From positions 1,798,001 to 1,862,000 of the forward strand of contig CM074807.1 in assembly GCA_037447605.1 (NCBI GenBank): DNA of 64,000 nt, in the 5' to 3' direction. The position numbers were made by a program, and so were the translations under genes. Below, in pieces: positions 27,955 through 40,367 of the stretch; the stretch's first letter is position 1; every line of letters begins with the position of its first letter. This DNA comes from Zygnema circumcarinatum SAG 698-1b. Its lineage: Eukaryota > Plantae > Zygnematophyceae. The notes beneath the pieces are model-generated. The model worked only from the letters and a program-made list of their open reading frames with translations. It was not told where the DNA came from and made no database searches.

Positions 27955-30900
27955 ATGTCCGGAGGGTTCTTCCGCGGCACCAGCGCGGACCAGGACACGC
28001 GTTTCTCCAACAAGAATGTGAAGCTGCTCAAGACGCAGAAGTTTCCGCCGGAGCTCGACGAGCCGGTGAGCGCTAGCATTAAAAAGTGCCGTGGTTTTTC
28101 ATAGCGGCTGCTTCTGTGCTGTCAACGTGCATTCGTGCTCTAAGCTGTGCCCAAACGGCGCTTGGGATGACGGCGTTCAAGTCGTTGCTGTTACAGCTGT
28201 TACTGGCTTCAAGTGAGCTTGTGGCATGTGCAGGTCGATCTTTGCAAGGTGAAGCTGGATGTAATCAAGCCATGGATTGCGAAACGTGTCACGGAAATCC
28301 TTGGAGGAGTGGAGGATGATGTCCTGATCAATTTGATATATGCTCTTCTTGAGGAGAAGGTATGTTCTGGCATGTTTTATGGAGATGCATGTGCTTACAG
28401 GACAATTTTCCCAATTGTATCCAAAGCATTGGCCGCCTTTCCTTATTACTAGAATTCAACAGCCAACCTTTAGGGTAAAGGTTCATATGAAAACGGTGGA
28501 GTTGCTGTAGACTCGACTGATGAAGCGACTGCTGGAAACCTGTTTTTCCATTGGTATGCCTACGTGCGCAGAAAGACGGGAAAGAGATTCAAATTCAAAT
28601 AACCGGATTTTTGGAGAAAAACACTAGTAAATTCATGAAGGAGCTTTGGAGTCTCCTTCTTAGCGCCCAGAAGAATATATCAGGAGTTCCTCAACAGTTC
28701 ATTGACGAAAAAGCGGAAGAAACACGGCGCAAGAAGGTGCGTCCTGAGCCAGAGCAGACGGGACATGTGGTGTCTGATAATGACCTAGAAATTCCATGTC
28801 ATCCTCTGGATTTGTGACATGGTCATGGAACAGCATGTTCACGATGGCATCGTTCTTCATTGTGGTACTGGCAGGAATTTGATGATCGCATAAATTTTGA
28901 GGTGCAAAGGCTGCGTCAAGTGCATGAGCAAGAGCAGGCAGCGACTGCAGAGCACAATCGAAAGCTGGTAAAGTTTGATTTGACTTAATTCGTTCATGTG
29001 CATTCATTGGCTGGCTAAGGTCATTTAAAATCCACTGTAAGCAGGCAGGATTCTGTACATTCAGCTTGCTATTTCCATCAGCACGTCACAAAGGCTGCAA
29101 TAAGAAAGTTGTTGACATTGGTGTTTTCCTCAGGTTTTCTGTATTTGTTACGAGCTTGCAGGGACTCATGGTTAGAGGTGCGTGATAGTTTCTGGAAGGA
29201 TTGTCCTAATTTGAAGGATGCTGATTTGTCCGATCGAATACTGGGCAGACTGCAGATGTGGAGGCTGCGAAGCGAGCTGCTGCCGAGGCTGCTGCTCGAC
29301 TTAGTGCACAACTACTTGAGCAGAAGGGGGAGAAGAAGCCGGCCATTGCAGCAATCACTTCTGCAGATGCTCCTGACGTTCCAGATCAGCCAGCAGAAGA
29401 AAAGCAAAGGTGAGAGACTCCGCGGGGATGGATGGTCTGTCCTTTGAATGTGCTGATTTAGGGCTATGTACTTCTTTTCTCCTCCATTCTGTAACTTGCT
29501 TTTTTTTCTGTTGTAGTTCATTGTTTTTACGTCTTGGCTTGTCGTGATGCCCGATAACATGGTGAGTCGCTCTCTTGAAGTGCACTGGTGTTTTTGAATT
29601 GCAGTTAGCCAAAATTTAAGTTCGATTTGAAACAAATTGTGTGCTTTTTTCGAGTTCTGACCCTCAAACTCTCGCTAGTTGCTAGCGATAAACGGATATG
29701 CTGTGAACCTCGCTAGCATGCATTCACTGACTTACAGTAGCACTGTTCATGCTTGAAGGGTGGAGGTAAAGCAGCAATCGCCGAGGAGCTCGAATTTGAG
29801 TGATAAGTCGAGGTATGTTGTAAAAGACATTGCCTCTTTGGCATCTGATTGTAGTTCTGGCTGTAGTGGGCGAAGCTTCAAGGATAGTAGCGGCTGACTA
29901 TATCTGTAAGATAAAGAAGGTCACCGAGCGCCCGTGAATCACATTCCCTGCACTCATATAGATGAAAGTCAGGGTGAGATATACTGCATGATCCCTGGAT
30001 CTGTGGCTGGAGGCTTCCGTAGCATGGCCATCACCTTCAGCGCCTCGAGCTGATTGGCCCCTGGATGTTTTTTGCCCAGGCTTTTCGCTTATCTGTTCGA
30101 GAATGTAGAGCATCCCCCCCTTGGCTTCAGCCTTCTGGTAATTTATCCGGTCCATCCTTGTCTGTTCGACAGAATGTTTAACACTTCGGGAATGGACTTC
30201 TAACTCCTGGTTTGCAGCCGGCCCTAGCTTCCCACTGTGACTCGTCAACAGTAGAGCCTTGTAGTCATTCCACGATTGTAACCTCAGCGTACTAGACACA
30301 GCATTTATCGCTGACTTGGAGTGTACTTCTCCAACATCTGTCAGGAAGGCAAGCGCCAGTGTACATCATTCCTTTGGTAAATTTACTGGGAAAATAGATC
30401 AGTTAACTGGGAACCTGCGGCGTATGTGGAGCAGTCCAGGCACATACGCGCCTGGCGATCCGTGACGCGTTCACGAGTTCGCATAGGAGTAAATGAAAAA
30501 TCATGGCAGTGGATGGATTCGCATTCAGACACTACGCATTCCTATAGCCCATTTCCCCAACCATTTTCACTACTCTCCTCTTTCCCGGCCTTTGTTCTTT
30601 TTTGCGAGCTGTATCTCTGCTTGTATAACGTAGGTTGTTATGCCATTGCTCGCCATGACAGGTCACCTAGGCGAAACAGCTCCCGGTCCCCCTATCGAAG
30701 AGGTAGACGTTCCCCATCACCAGCTCCATTAAAACGGGCACGATCACGCACTCCTCCACAAAGGAGACGGATATCGCGTTCCCGATCTCCCCCTCGTAGG
30801 CCTCCTTCTAGGAGTTACTCCCGGTCTCCAAGCAGGGACTCACCATTGAAAGCTTCCCCTCCACGCTACAGGCGTAGGTAAGTAACTTGGTGTATACTCG

Positions 30901-32529
30901 GAGAATTGCAGACGTATTTCAGCACCTTTAGCTGAGTAGACTTGGTATTTACCATAAGAATGCTATGCACTGGAAAGCATTGTTGCAAGCATTAAAGTGA
31001 CAGCTGCTGAGTTCAGTGAACCTGGTGAAGTGCAGGAGTCGAGTTTGACCAGATGGATCGCAGTCGATGACCTTGTTTATGGTGTTGTCGAGCATGCAGA
31101 CTAAGTACACTGTTGATTTGATCGAATGTTTGCAACACTGTAAGCATGTCACGGTGGCAGGGCAGAACGGGATACTACTTTGGTTATTTCTGTGACATCC
31201 TATGTTACGTTGTTCTGCCTGTGCCAGTCGCAGCCCACCTCGTGATGTTGAGCGAGGTGGCGGTGGATACTTTAATGGGAGGAGTGCACCTACATATGGT
31301 GGAAGGCGGGACAAGGAAAGGGATTGGCAACGGAGGCCCAGGTATGGTTCTGACAGAAGCTTCTGATGTTTGCTCGTTTCTTGTTTTCCCTTGGACGATG
31401 GGGTATAGTAGCCCACTTCTTAGTCGTTTTTTCCAGTGTTTACTTTGTATTGAGTAAAGCTGATGATGTATCGGCTCGTTAACGTTAATCGTTGGACTGA
31501 GGGGAGGATGCTGCAAAGATGACTCACATTTGTCTCCCCATGATGGGCTTCTGCAGTGATCGTCAATACGACAGGCCTGTGAGTGACAGATATTATGACC
31601 GCAGGAGCGACCGGAGGGATTCATACTCTGAGAGGATGAATATGAAACGAGTTGGTGATAGGGGAGGCAGACGACCTGTTTACGACAACAGGAGAGGTGC
31701 ATATGAGGACCGGGATCGGGATCGGGATCGGTATCCCGAAAGAGGCTATGCAGGGATGAAACGGCCATACAGAGATATAGGAGAACGCCATGATATCCCA
31801 TCTCCTCCCGTTCCAAGAAAGTCTGCCTCTCCTGTTGACGAGCGTGCCTCAGTCGGTGCTGGCGGTTTGATGGAGCAAGATAGTGAGGAGGATGTGCGAG
31901 TAGCTGCTGGTCGAGGGAGTCATGGTGAAAGGAGGGGGAGAGGAGATGATCTAGCAGGGAAGGAGGGTCCGGCTGGAAAGGGAGAGATCAACCACCGAAA
32001 GGAAGGGGAGGCAAGAGAAGACGAACATAGACAAGAGTATCCAGACCGCAGTCTGGAGGCCCCAGAAATGGAAGATCTCGCCAGAAAGGAGTCTCTGGCA
32101 ACTGAAGTGGACTCGTCTGAAGCTGAGTTGGAGCATGAGAAACCGCGTAGGAAAGACTCTCGGGAAGAAGTGAGGGAAGCCAAAGGGCAAGGGAAGATGG
32201 TTGAAGTTGGAGATGAGTCTCCTGCAGACAGTGAGGAACGGCGGGAACTGAAAAGGAAAAGGAAGGAAGAAAAGCGAGCTCGTAAGGAGGAACGCAGGAA
32301 GAAACGAGAAGAGAAGAGGAAGCGCAAGGAGGAGAAACGGGCTGCGAAGGAAGCAAAGGAATCACAGAAGGTGGATGTACAAAGCAGATCAGACGAGCAC
32401 GATGAGAATGGCCGCTACTCGGATGACGGAGAGGAGAAGATGCCTGTGGAGCGGCAACGGCGGCTGGAAGAGGATTTGAGAAAGAAGGCTTTAGAGTCAC
32501 TTCGTGCCAAGAAGATAGGCGCTGCGTAG
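27955..32529 (+). CDS. SRRM1: PWI-domain Ser/Arg repetitive matrix splicing factor (SRm160/SRRM1-like)
   Basis: MSGGFFRGTSADQDTRFSNK, VIKPWIAKRVTEILGGVEDDVLIN, QIQITGFLEKNTSKFMKELWSLLLSAQ (exons 27955-28065, 28234-28359, 28572-28736). RS-rich middle exons (boundaries not all resolved) and a long K/E/R-rich last exon, 31557-32529. Confidence 0.93.
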
Positions 32530-33496
32530 TTCAGAAAGTCTTGCCAGGTGGCACCAGCCACGCTGCACACCGAGTGGGCCCTGAGATGCAGAAGTCTCTG
32601 CCAATAGGCTTCCCTTGGCCATGGTTGTGCGGCCAAGTTTGTTTGAAGATCTTGTCAATGGAGTGGCCTTCCCTACACTGCTGGTGGCACGGAGGCTGAT
32701 GGCTCTCACTTTGCTGATCCTGTCAGGCACGGCTGAGCAGGTTGGCTGCCCTCAATCGGCTGCTCACTCCCTGTGCTAGCCCCAATGGGGCAGCTGCCCC
32801 TATCTATGTGAGCCCGTTTGTCCTCGTCAGGAAGAAGGTAGAGGTAGTGGGCAGGTAGTGATACACCGCTATCAATGAGGTGGTGTTGCTTGCAGTGGAT
32901 TTTTGAGGGTGACAAGATTGCCGTTGAGCTGACTTTGGTCCATGCGTCTGCGACTTTACTGAAAGGAGATTGACTATACTGTTATGGCGGGCTTCAGAGG
33001 GGCCTTTTCTGCTTGCCTTGTGAGACGTCCTAATCCACAAGGTGGACGTATGGTCGGCTCTTCACATTTTTTTTATGCATCGAGTCAGTACAGCTGCAGC
33101 ACACAGTGACCTCTGCTCAGGGTGTCCGTTCTCTAGTGTGTTCAGTGATAACCCACACATGCAGCCACAGGAGCAGAAATCCTTCGTCTGTTGGCGAGCT
33201 TGAAAATTACTATCTTCCTTTGTTTCTTTTGTTAGAAAGGAATAAAATAGTTACAATTGTGAAGAAATGAGCTTCATGTTATCATACAGACGGTTGTAGG
33301 CAATAACTTACCTTTCTAAAACCTTCAGGTGAAAGAATGTCACAACTTAACAAACTCAGAACTAATGAAAATGGGGGAGAGTGGCAAGAGCGCCATAATT
33401 GTGTTTCGCGATTGGATGCAATTCACGAAACGCAGAGCAATGTCACAGGCCAAGAGCGCAGAGGAGAAGGTGTCAGCTGCCATCTCTCCCCGCCTG

Positions 33497-36400
33497 TCAC
33501 GCCACGGTTCCCTTCACAATGAGACGTGGGACGAGGCGCCACACTGTGTCTGCCGGCACCGCGAAGTTGACTCCCGAAGACATGCCCGTCCCTGCAGCAG
33601 CGCGCAGCACCCGCCAGCTGTCAAAGGAGGGGTCGCCCACTTTCCGCTCTCCTGAAGGGCCTCACTAATGGGCTGACCCCCCAAACGGCACTCGACATCT
33701 ACGCTAATAAACCCATCAAACAAAAGAAGTGACAATTGCAACTGCAACAGCAGTCAGTAAACTCCAAACGGAACTGCGCAGAGAAAGGAGCACTTGATAC
33801 CTTGCCGAGTAAAAGTGGCTGTGTTGATTCCTATCATTCGTCCAGACGAGTCCAGCAAAGGCCCCCCCGAGTTCCCCGAATTTATGGCCGAATCGGTCTG
33901 AATGGCCCCAGGAATCGGCTGCCCTGTAGGCGATGGTATTTCCCTATTCAGACCGCTGACCACCTGGCAAATCCCTCAGTAGTCAGAACGCCAAACCCTG
34001 CAAGACTGCACCTGCCTGGCCTTGATTTGGGGTGCTTTCTAGCAGCAGGCCTCCTCCTCCCACATCTGAAAACGAGAGAGAGAGTGTGTACAGTGTGTGC
34101 ACTCACTCCTGTGGTAAGTGTATGATCGAAACCCAACGGGTTCCCAATGGCATAACACATCTGCCCCACACGAAGGTCTGCGGAAGTTCCGACGGGAATG
34201 GGCCGGAGGAGCTCAGGACGAACATTAATCTGTACCGCTGGAGGAGCTTATTAATTTTTTCCCTGCCAAAAGACTGCGCCATTTGGACTGCTGCAAATAG
34301 CATCCTCGTTTTGGCGGATCTCTCGAGCAGCAGGCACCCGTGGCTGGAAGGTGGCCGAGAGAGGGTTTAGAAAGGATGTAGGGAGAGGGAAAGGCATTAC
34401 GAAGGGCAAGACCCACCTTCAATACAGCGAGGTCTCGCGCAGGCTCCATGCCCGTCAGTTCCGCGTCATGCAAGGTGACCCGCCCGTCCGGCTGCAGCAG
34501 TGCTATCTGCTCTGCCGCCCCTCCCAGAAAGGTAAGTCTTCCCCAGCTCAGAAAACACACAAGCTGGGGGAGCTGTGGACCAGCCTGAGGACTTGAGCTG
34601 GGAAATTGATAACGACATAGCTGAGTCGGCATGGTATACTTTAACGTTGAGAGGTTTCAAGCAAGGAGAGTTCATGTACAAACACGGTTTCATCATAGGG
34701 AGTCTACCTAGCATCGGTAAGCCAACGAGCACATCCAGATAATGTTACACATCATTCGTGAGTTACATCAAAGTTGATCGGCACAGGAAAGAAAAGTTGC
34801 GGCACGAAGGGTTGCACTGGAAACGTTTGTGCAGAATCACATATCAGGTAACCTTCACCTGTTGTAGGTGAACAGAATCCTGTTGAAAACCTCACCTCTG
34901 TGCGCTGCCGACCACTGCGGTCATTCGCCAGCTTGGCGACAACATGGTAGTTGGTGACCTGGAACAAGCAATCACAGCACACACAAGAGCAATCCAAATG
35001 TTAACAACCAGGTAAAAAAGGGATCTGCATCAAATACTGCCTAGGAAAGAAAGCAGCAGGGATTCTGAAAAGACAGTCCGCTTGATCGATCAGCGAACAC
35101 CAAACTTGGAGCAAAAGTACGGACATGAGCTCTGGTGGATGATGGATAGAAAAGAAGAGGCAGCTCACAATGTGGCCGTACCGATCCCACACAATTCCGG
35201 AGCCTGTGCCCTGCAGCACTCCCTCCTTCCCAGAAGATCCGTTCACCTCAAAATTGCGGATCGACACCACCGACTGTGTGGTCGCCTGCACTTGCATCCC
35301 CCACCTTTCAGAAGTGAGAGGATTCATCGTAAAAATAGCATAGAGCTCTGCTCCAACAGCTTGGAAAAAAAGGGACTGAAGCCCAGAAAACATCCAAAAA
35401 ATCGCTCGAAATGTATTCTATACAATGTAAAGCACAAATTTGTGAAACATTCACTTATGAAATCACACTTCACTCCCTAGGCCGGCGTAAAGGTCTATTG
35501 ACGTAAACGCAAATCTAAATATGCAAGACTTGAAATGTGTGGGACTGTGCTTCAACAAAAATCCGTACATCCAGATTTTATAGGACTCTGCAACATGGAA
35601 GAAGTACCAGGATTCAGGCGCATTGCTTCTCGTGGACAACTGGACCGAAAAGAGGTGGGCTTGAAAAGATAAAAAGTCTCGTTCAGAGCCCATGCTGACT
35701 GGAGGACTACGGAGAAAGGTAACATCTAGCTGGCACCTTCTAAGTGAGAACGGGGGAGTTGGGGTAAACTTTCTGAAAGGCACGCTCAGAGGCAAGACCG
35801 CTACCGACATAAGCTTGGGTGTGCCGTCGTTTGGACTGACTTGGCTGTTTGGAAAATCGCCAGAACATGTGTGTAAATTCAGAAAATAACATGCGCATCT
35901 TTCCTTGCATACACGCATTTAACCACCACTTTTGATTTATAAAAGTAGACTTGTCCACTGCACTATGAACGAGCATTCATGTCAGTACTCCGAGAGCCTA
36001 TGAAGGAGCGCAATTGCCGTGGTGCACTGTTTGCATAGTTCACAGAATTTCAGGCAATTGCCCAAAACATTACAAGCCGCGTGATCCAACGGCTTCAGCG
36101 TCTCCTGCAGCGATACGCCAGGCAGGACATGCTGGACCTCTGTACAGCCTATTGGAGCCAGCTTACGCCTTCACGCACTCACGAAGCAATATAATATCCA
36201 ATCCTCGGCCCATACAGCGGTCCGCGCAGGGAGGGTGGCGCACCTGAAAGACGCGCACAGCGACCTCCTCCTCCTCGTCCTCGTCTTCCTCCGCCCACAG
36301 CCCCTCGCCCGCCTCCGCCTCCCCCGCCACCGCCACCGCCACCGCCACCGCCACCGCCGAGGCGGGCGGCGCCGCAGCAGCTGCGAGAGAGGCGGAGGCG

Positions 36401-36561
36401 GCAATGCGCAGGGCGGCAGGCAGCAGCGCGCCACGTGTCAGGAGCTCCCTCCGCCCACATGCCCCGCCCTCCTCCGCCGATGCAGCGCGCGCGGCCGCTG
36501 TTGCCAGCCCGCCCTTGACCGCCACCGCCGACGCCACCGCCATCGCCGCCATTGCCGCCAT
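33497..36561 (-). CDS. DEG5: Deg5 (DegP/HtrA family) thylakoid-lumen serine protease without a PDZ domain
   Basis: Tat-type signal (RRELL...AxA), then [60 protein letters not shown], ending [26 protein letters not shown] with no PDZ. In-frame upstream ATGs at 36687-36699 make the start uncertain. Confidence 0.93.
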
Positions 36562-38544
36562 GGCGGGCGGGAGAGCAGCTCGCGTGTCTCCTACGCGGCC
36601 TCCGGACGGCGAGCGCTGTCCGAACATGACCGTACGGCAACCTGTACGGGTGCTTGTACGGATAGTTATACAGTACTGTACCTCCATTTCCATGGCCATG
36701 GCGGCAGTGAGATGAGAGCCGTCCTCGAGGATGCTTAGCGGGCGGCATCTCCTGCTGCTGCCTGCCTGCTTGCCAGTCGCTGTGAGGCGCGGTTCGCATC
36801 CGCAATGTCATTTAATGATAATGATGATGATGATTTTCATTTCATTATCATTTTTTTTCTTTTTTCTTAACATTTTTTTTGTTTTTTATTATTATTTTTA
36901 TTTATCTTGGCAGGGCGGATGGCGAGTTTCTCCGGAACATTGCGGCAACGCGCAATGGCTCTCCGCTCTTCAAACAGCTCGCTCCTTCCCTCCGTAACTT
37001 ACGCGGTTTGGAGCTGCTGTAGGTGAAGAATTTCAGATGCGAAAAGTGCGCATGACGAGCAGAAGGTTTGCACGCCAGTGAAGGCCTTTGAACGGCTTTC
37101 ACCGCGCGTTCTCCCTCCCTCTTGCTTCTCCTGTCCCCTCTCCTCTTTGTCACGCGTTGTTACATGAACCGTGGTAACTTGTAATGTGTTTCTTGAAAAT
37201 AGTGTTTGTTCGGTCGAATTTGTGCAACCCGGCATACAGTAAACTGGGCGGAAAGGCCTGTACTGCGGTTTTTCAGGCAGCCATTACGTGATGGTTTAGC
37301 ACAGGACATGGGCACGAACGCGAACATTATGCGGATATTAATTTCCCGCGAGTTCCACCGTGGCGAGGGCGCAGGGAAGGACAGTAGCAACAACGCGAGG
37401 CGGGGCGCGGAGGGAAACGGCCGGGAGCCAGGCCAGGCCAGGCCAGGTTAGCAGCACAGCCGCCCCCCAGCACAGTCGTCCCAGTGCGCCCCCCTGGCGC
37501 GACATCCCATCAACCCGCCCGCCCGCGCGCCACAACGGTTGGAAACACCCACAGCTGTTCGCGCGGTCGGTTCCCGGCCGACACGTGGCCTCGGCCCCCC
37601 CGTTCCGCAGCCTCCCCCGCCTCGCCTTGAACCGGCCGGATGGACTGTGCGTCTGTACGTCACCGGTCCGGGCCTGTCCAATAGTCGTCCGGGCAGGCGG
37701 GCCCCTGGGCGGGCGGGCGGGCGCACCGTGAGGTTGAAGCTTCCAGGTTGGTCGCGGCGTGCTCCGCCCGTGTGCCGTGTGCCGTGCGCCCGCGCGGGTC
37801 CACTCCGGCCCTCGACCGCTTGGGGAAGAAACCGCGCCGCGGCACGCGGCCCCCGCGGACTGGCCGCGTGACGTGGCCACGTCCGCGCCACGCGGCAGGC
37901 GGGGCCTCGCTCGCGGCTCGGCCGGTACTTCGGTGACGCGGCGGGCGGGCGGGCGGAGGCCACGTGGCGCCATTTTACGAGTTGAGAGATCGCATCGGAC
38001 GGCGCAAGGCGGCCCTACCTTGACAAGGAGGCGGAGGCGGCGAACTTATTGACTGGCAGCCGCGCCAAGCTCGGACGGACCCGTCCGTACCGTACCGTAC
38101 AGTACGGTGGCCAGCCAGCGGGCCGGGCCGGGCGAGGGCGGGCGGGCGGGGGGGCGGGCGATCGGCTGGACACTTCGGTACAAATTTCATTCAGAAGGCG
38201 TACCGTTCGTTCCCCGTTAAAACATGTTTTCCATCAAAGAAATACCCGTTCTGAGATGCTGCTATGAAAATTCGATCGATCGATTTTAAAATCCACCACG
38301 TGTGCCCGGCGCTCCTCCGCACGTGCGAGCGGAGCTGCCTGGAAGGGGCGGCGCCGGTCCGGTCCGGCAGCGGGCGCTGACGTGGCGGGGCCCGCCACGC
38401 GGCAGGTTCGCGGGCACGTGCGGCCACGCCCGGTCGGCGCCGCCGCGGAGGGAGGGAGGGAGGTGAAGGCGGCGGAGGGCAGGAGGAGGTGGAGGAGAAG
38501 GCGAGGCGAGGCGAGGCGAGGCGAGGGGAGGGGAGGCGACAGCC

Positions 38545-39417
38545 ATGGCGGCGGAGTCCGAGCATATGCGCGCGCTCATCGCGGAGTACAGCCGTCCCTC
38601 CGCCCTGCATGCGGGGTCCTGCAGCTGCGTGCCTCGCCTGGCGTCGCCATGGCTGGCTCATTCGAACTGCGCCTGTCTTGGGCTGTCTCCTGCGCTGCCG
38701 GAATTCCCGTCCGCCTTCGCTGCAGAGAGGCCGTACACGCACGCGCTGTTGCGCCAGCACGCGGCGCCGCTTGGGCTGAAGAGCTCGCTGGCGTCAGCGG
38801 GCGATGGTTGGAGTGCATGGCCGCTGGCAGGTCCTGGCGGCTTTCAGGCGGGCGAAACTTTAGGGCAACAATGGCAGCCTGACATGAGGAGTAGTCTTCC
38901 TGTATATTCTGAAGGAGAGGCGCGCTCTTTGGCCATGGAGGAGGTTGCAGGGAGAGAAGAGGGCAGGTGGACGAATTGGTGCTGGAAAGCGCAGAACGGA
39001 GAGGGCGAGGAGCTCAGTACAATGGAAGAGGATACCTCGGAGGTGCAGGTGGCCGGCTGGCTCCTCGACATGCCGCTGGAGGATGCTTCAAACCCATGTC
39101 ATGAAAACTGCAGCAGAGCGGTGGGAAGCAGCTGCATGGCGGAAGAGTACTCGTGGCAAGAGCAGCGCTGTGTTCTTCGAGGGGGAGAGAGTTCCTGGAC
39201 GGGGCGGAAGGCCAGCGGGGAAGCAATGGAGGGGTTGGCTCAGGAGAGAGGAGTGATTGACGAGGAGCAGGGAGGGAATGACATGGCGGCATTTTGGCGC
39301 ACGCTGGCGGAGGAGTGGGCGTGTGAGCTTGAACTTGGGGGAGACACGCGGGAGATGGAATCTGAATTGAAGTACTGGGGACCAGGCAGCCGCCTCTGCA
39401 CCAGCCATGCTCTTTGA
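38545..39417 (+). CDS. Intronless 290-aa protein of unknown function (acidic, Trp-rich C-terminal half)
   Basis: Long uninterrupted ORF with a gccATGG context like the other genes, a GA-rich leader and a GC-rich promoter divergent from DEG5. No recognisable domain. Confidence 0.55.
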   Translation: MAAESEHMRALIAEYSRPSALHAGSCSCVPRLASPWLAHSNCACLGLSPALPEFPSAFAAERPYTHALLRQHAAPLGLKSSLASAGDGWSAWPLAGPGGFQAGETLGQQWQPDMRSSLPVYSEGEARSLAMEEVAGREEGRWTNWCWKAQNGEGEELSTMEEDTSEVQVAGWLLDMPLEDASNPCHENCSRAVGSSCMAEEYSWQEQRCVLRGGESSWTGRKASGEAMEGLAQERGVIDEEQGGNDMAAFWRTLAEEWACELELGGDTREMESELKYWGPGSRLCTSHAL

Positions 39418-40367
39418 CGCTGAAAGGGGGAGGGATTAGAACGGTATTCCGCTTCCCCGCTCTCCCAACAGAGCTATCTCTGGCCACTCCGTCCGTGGCC
39501 AATAAGGAGAGTGATCGCCTGTACATATGCACCCTTGTGAAATAGCTTTGGCAGTGGCTTTGGTTTGCTCTTGGAATGCTTCGGTGTCTGAGATGACTTT
39601 GGTTTTTGCTCAGGGCAGTTGGCGCCCCCCTAACGATTATTGGAGTTGTACTCGCTCTTCCTTTTATGCTGAGGAGACAGCTGCTGTAAATATTGCGCAA
39701 AGGCATTTGTGATTTCCGCGCCTGTGCAGACTTGATGTCGTTCCTTTCCATGGTTCAGATTTCCCCCTTGTGGCTATGTCCCATGCCGGACAAACTTTTC
39801 TGTTTACAACACGTATCTCTCTCTAATACCAAATGTGGCATGCTTTGTCATCTTGGCCGCTTGTGCTGCCATTTTTGAGGGTCTATGAGAGTACTCAATG
39901 CGGAGCACACATCTGTCAAACGCGTTCACACGTGTCTGTTGACAGAAGACTTGGACATGGACACCTTTTTTAAAGGAAAAAGAGGCCAAAGGTAAGGAAA
40001 ACAAGGGGCATAGATTAAGCTTCACACAAAGGAAGGCACCACTCACGAGAGGCAGCATTAAAAAACGCAACTGAAGAACGGGAGATTAAGAAGAAAAAGG
40101 TGGTTTTGCAGTATTTGTCAGATTGGACTCTCTGCAGTCGGTTGAGCTGCACCCAAGTAGGTGCCCCTGCGAGCATGTGAAAGGGCACTGTATTTAATGA
40201 TACACGACCTCGGATACGATTGGTACAACTGCCGCCGTCAGGGGAGCGACTGAAATGGTAAGAGTACAGGGGTTAACTCTTCAGAAAGAGAGAGGGCCGG
40301 CCAGGAAAACATGGTGCAAAAAACGGTCATGATATGTACAGAATCTTCCAATTCGGTGCAGAAAAGT

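Noticed and set aside
36700-38540. Multiple 100-210 aa Arg/Pro/Gly-rich ORFs
   Set aside because: These are stop-poor shadow frames in a very GC-rich divergent promoter, with no domain or splice support.
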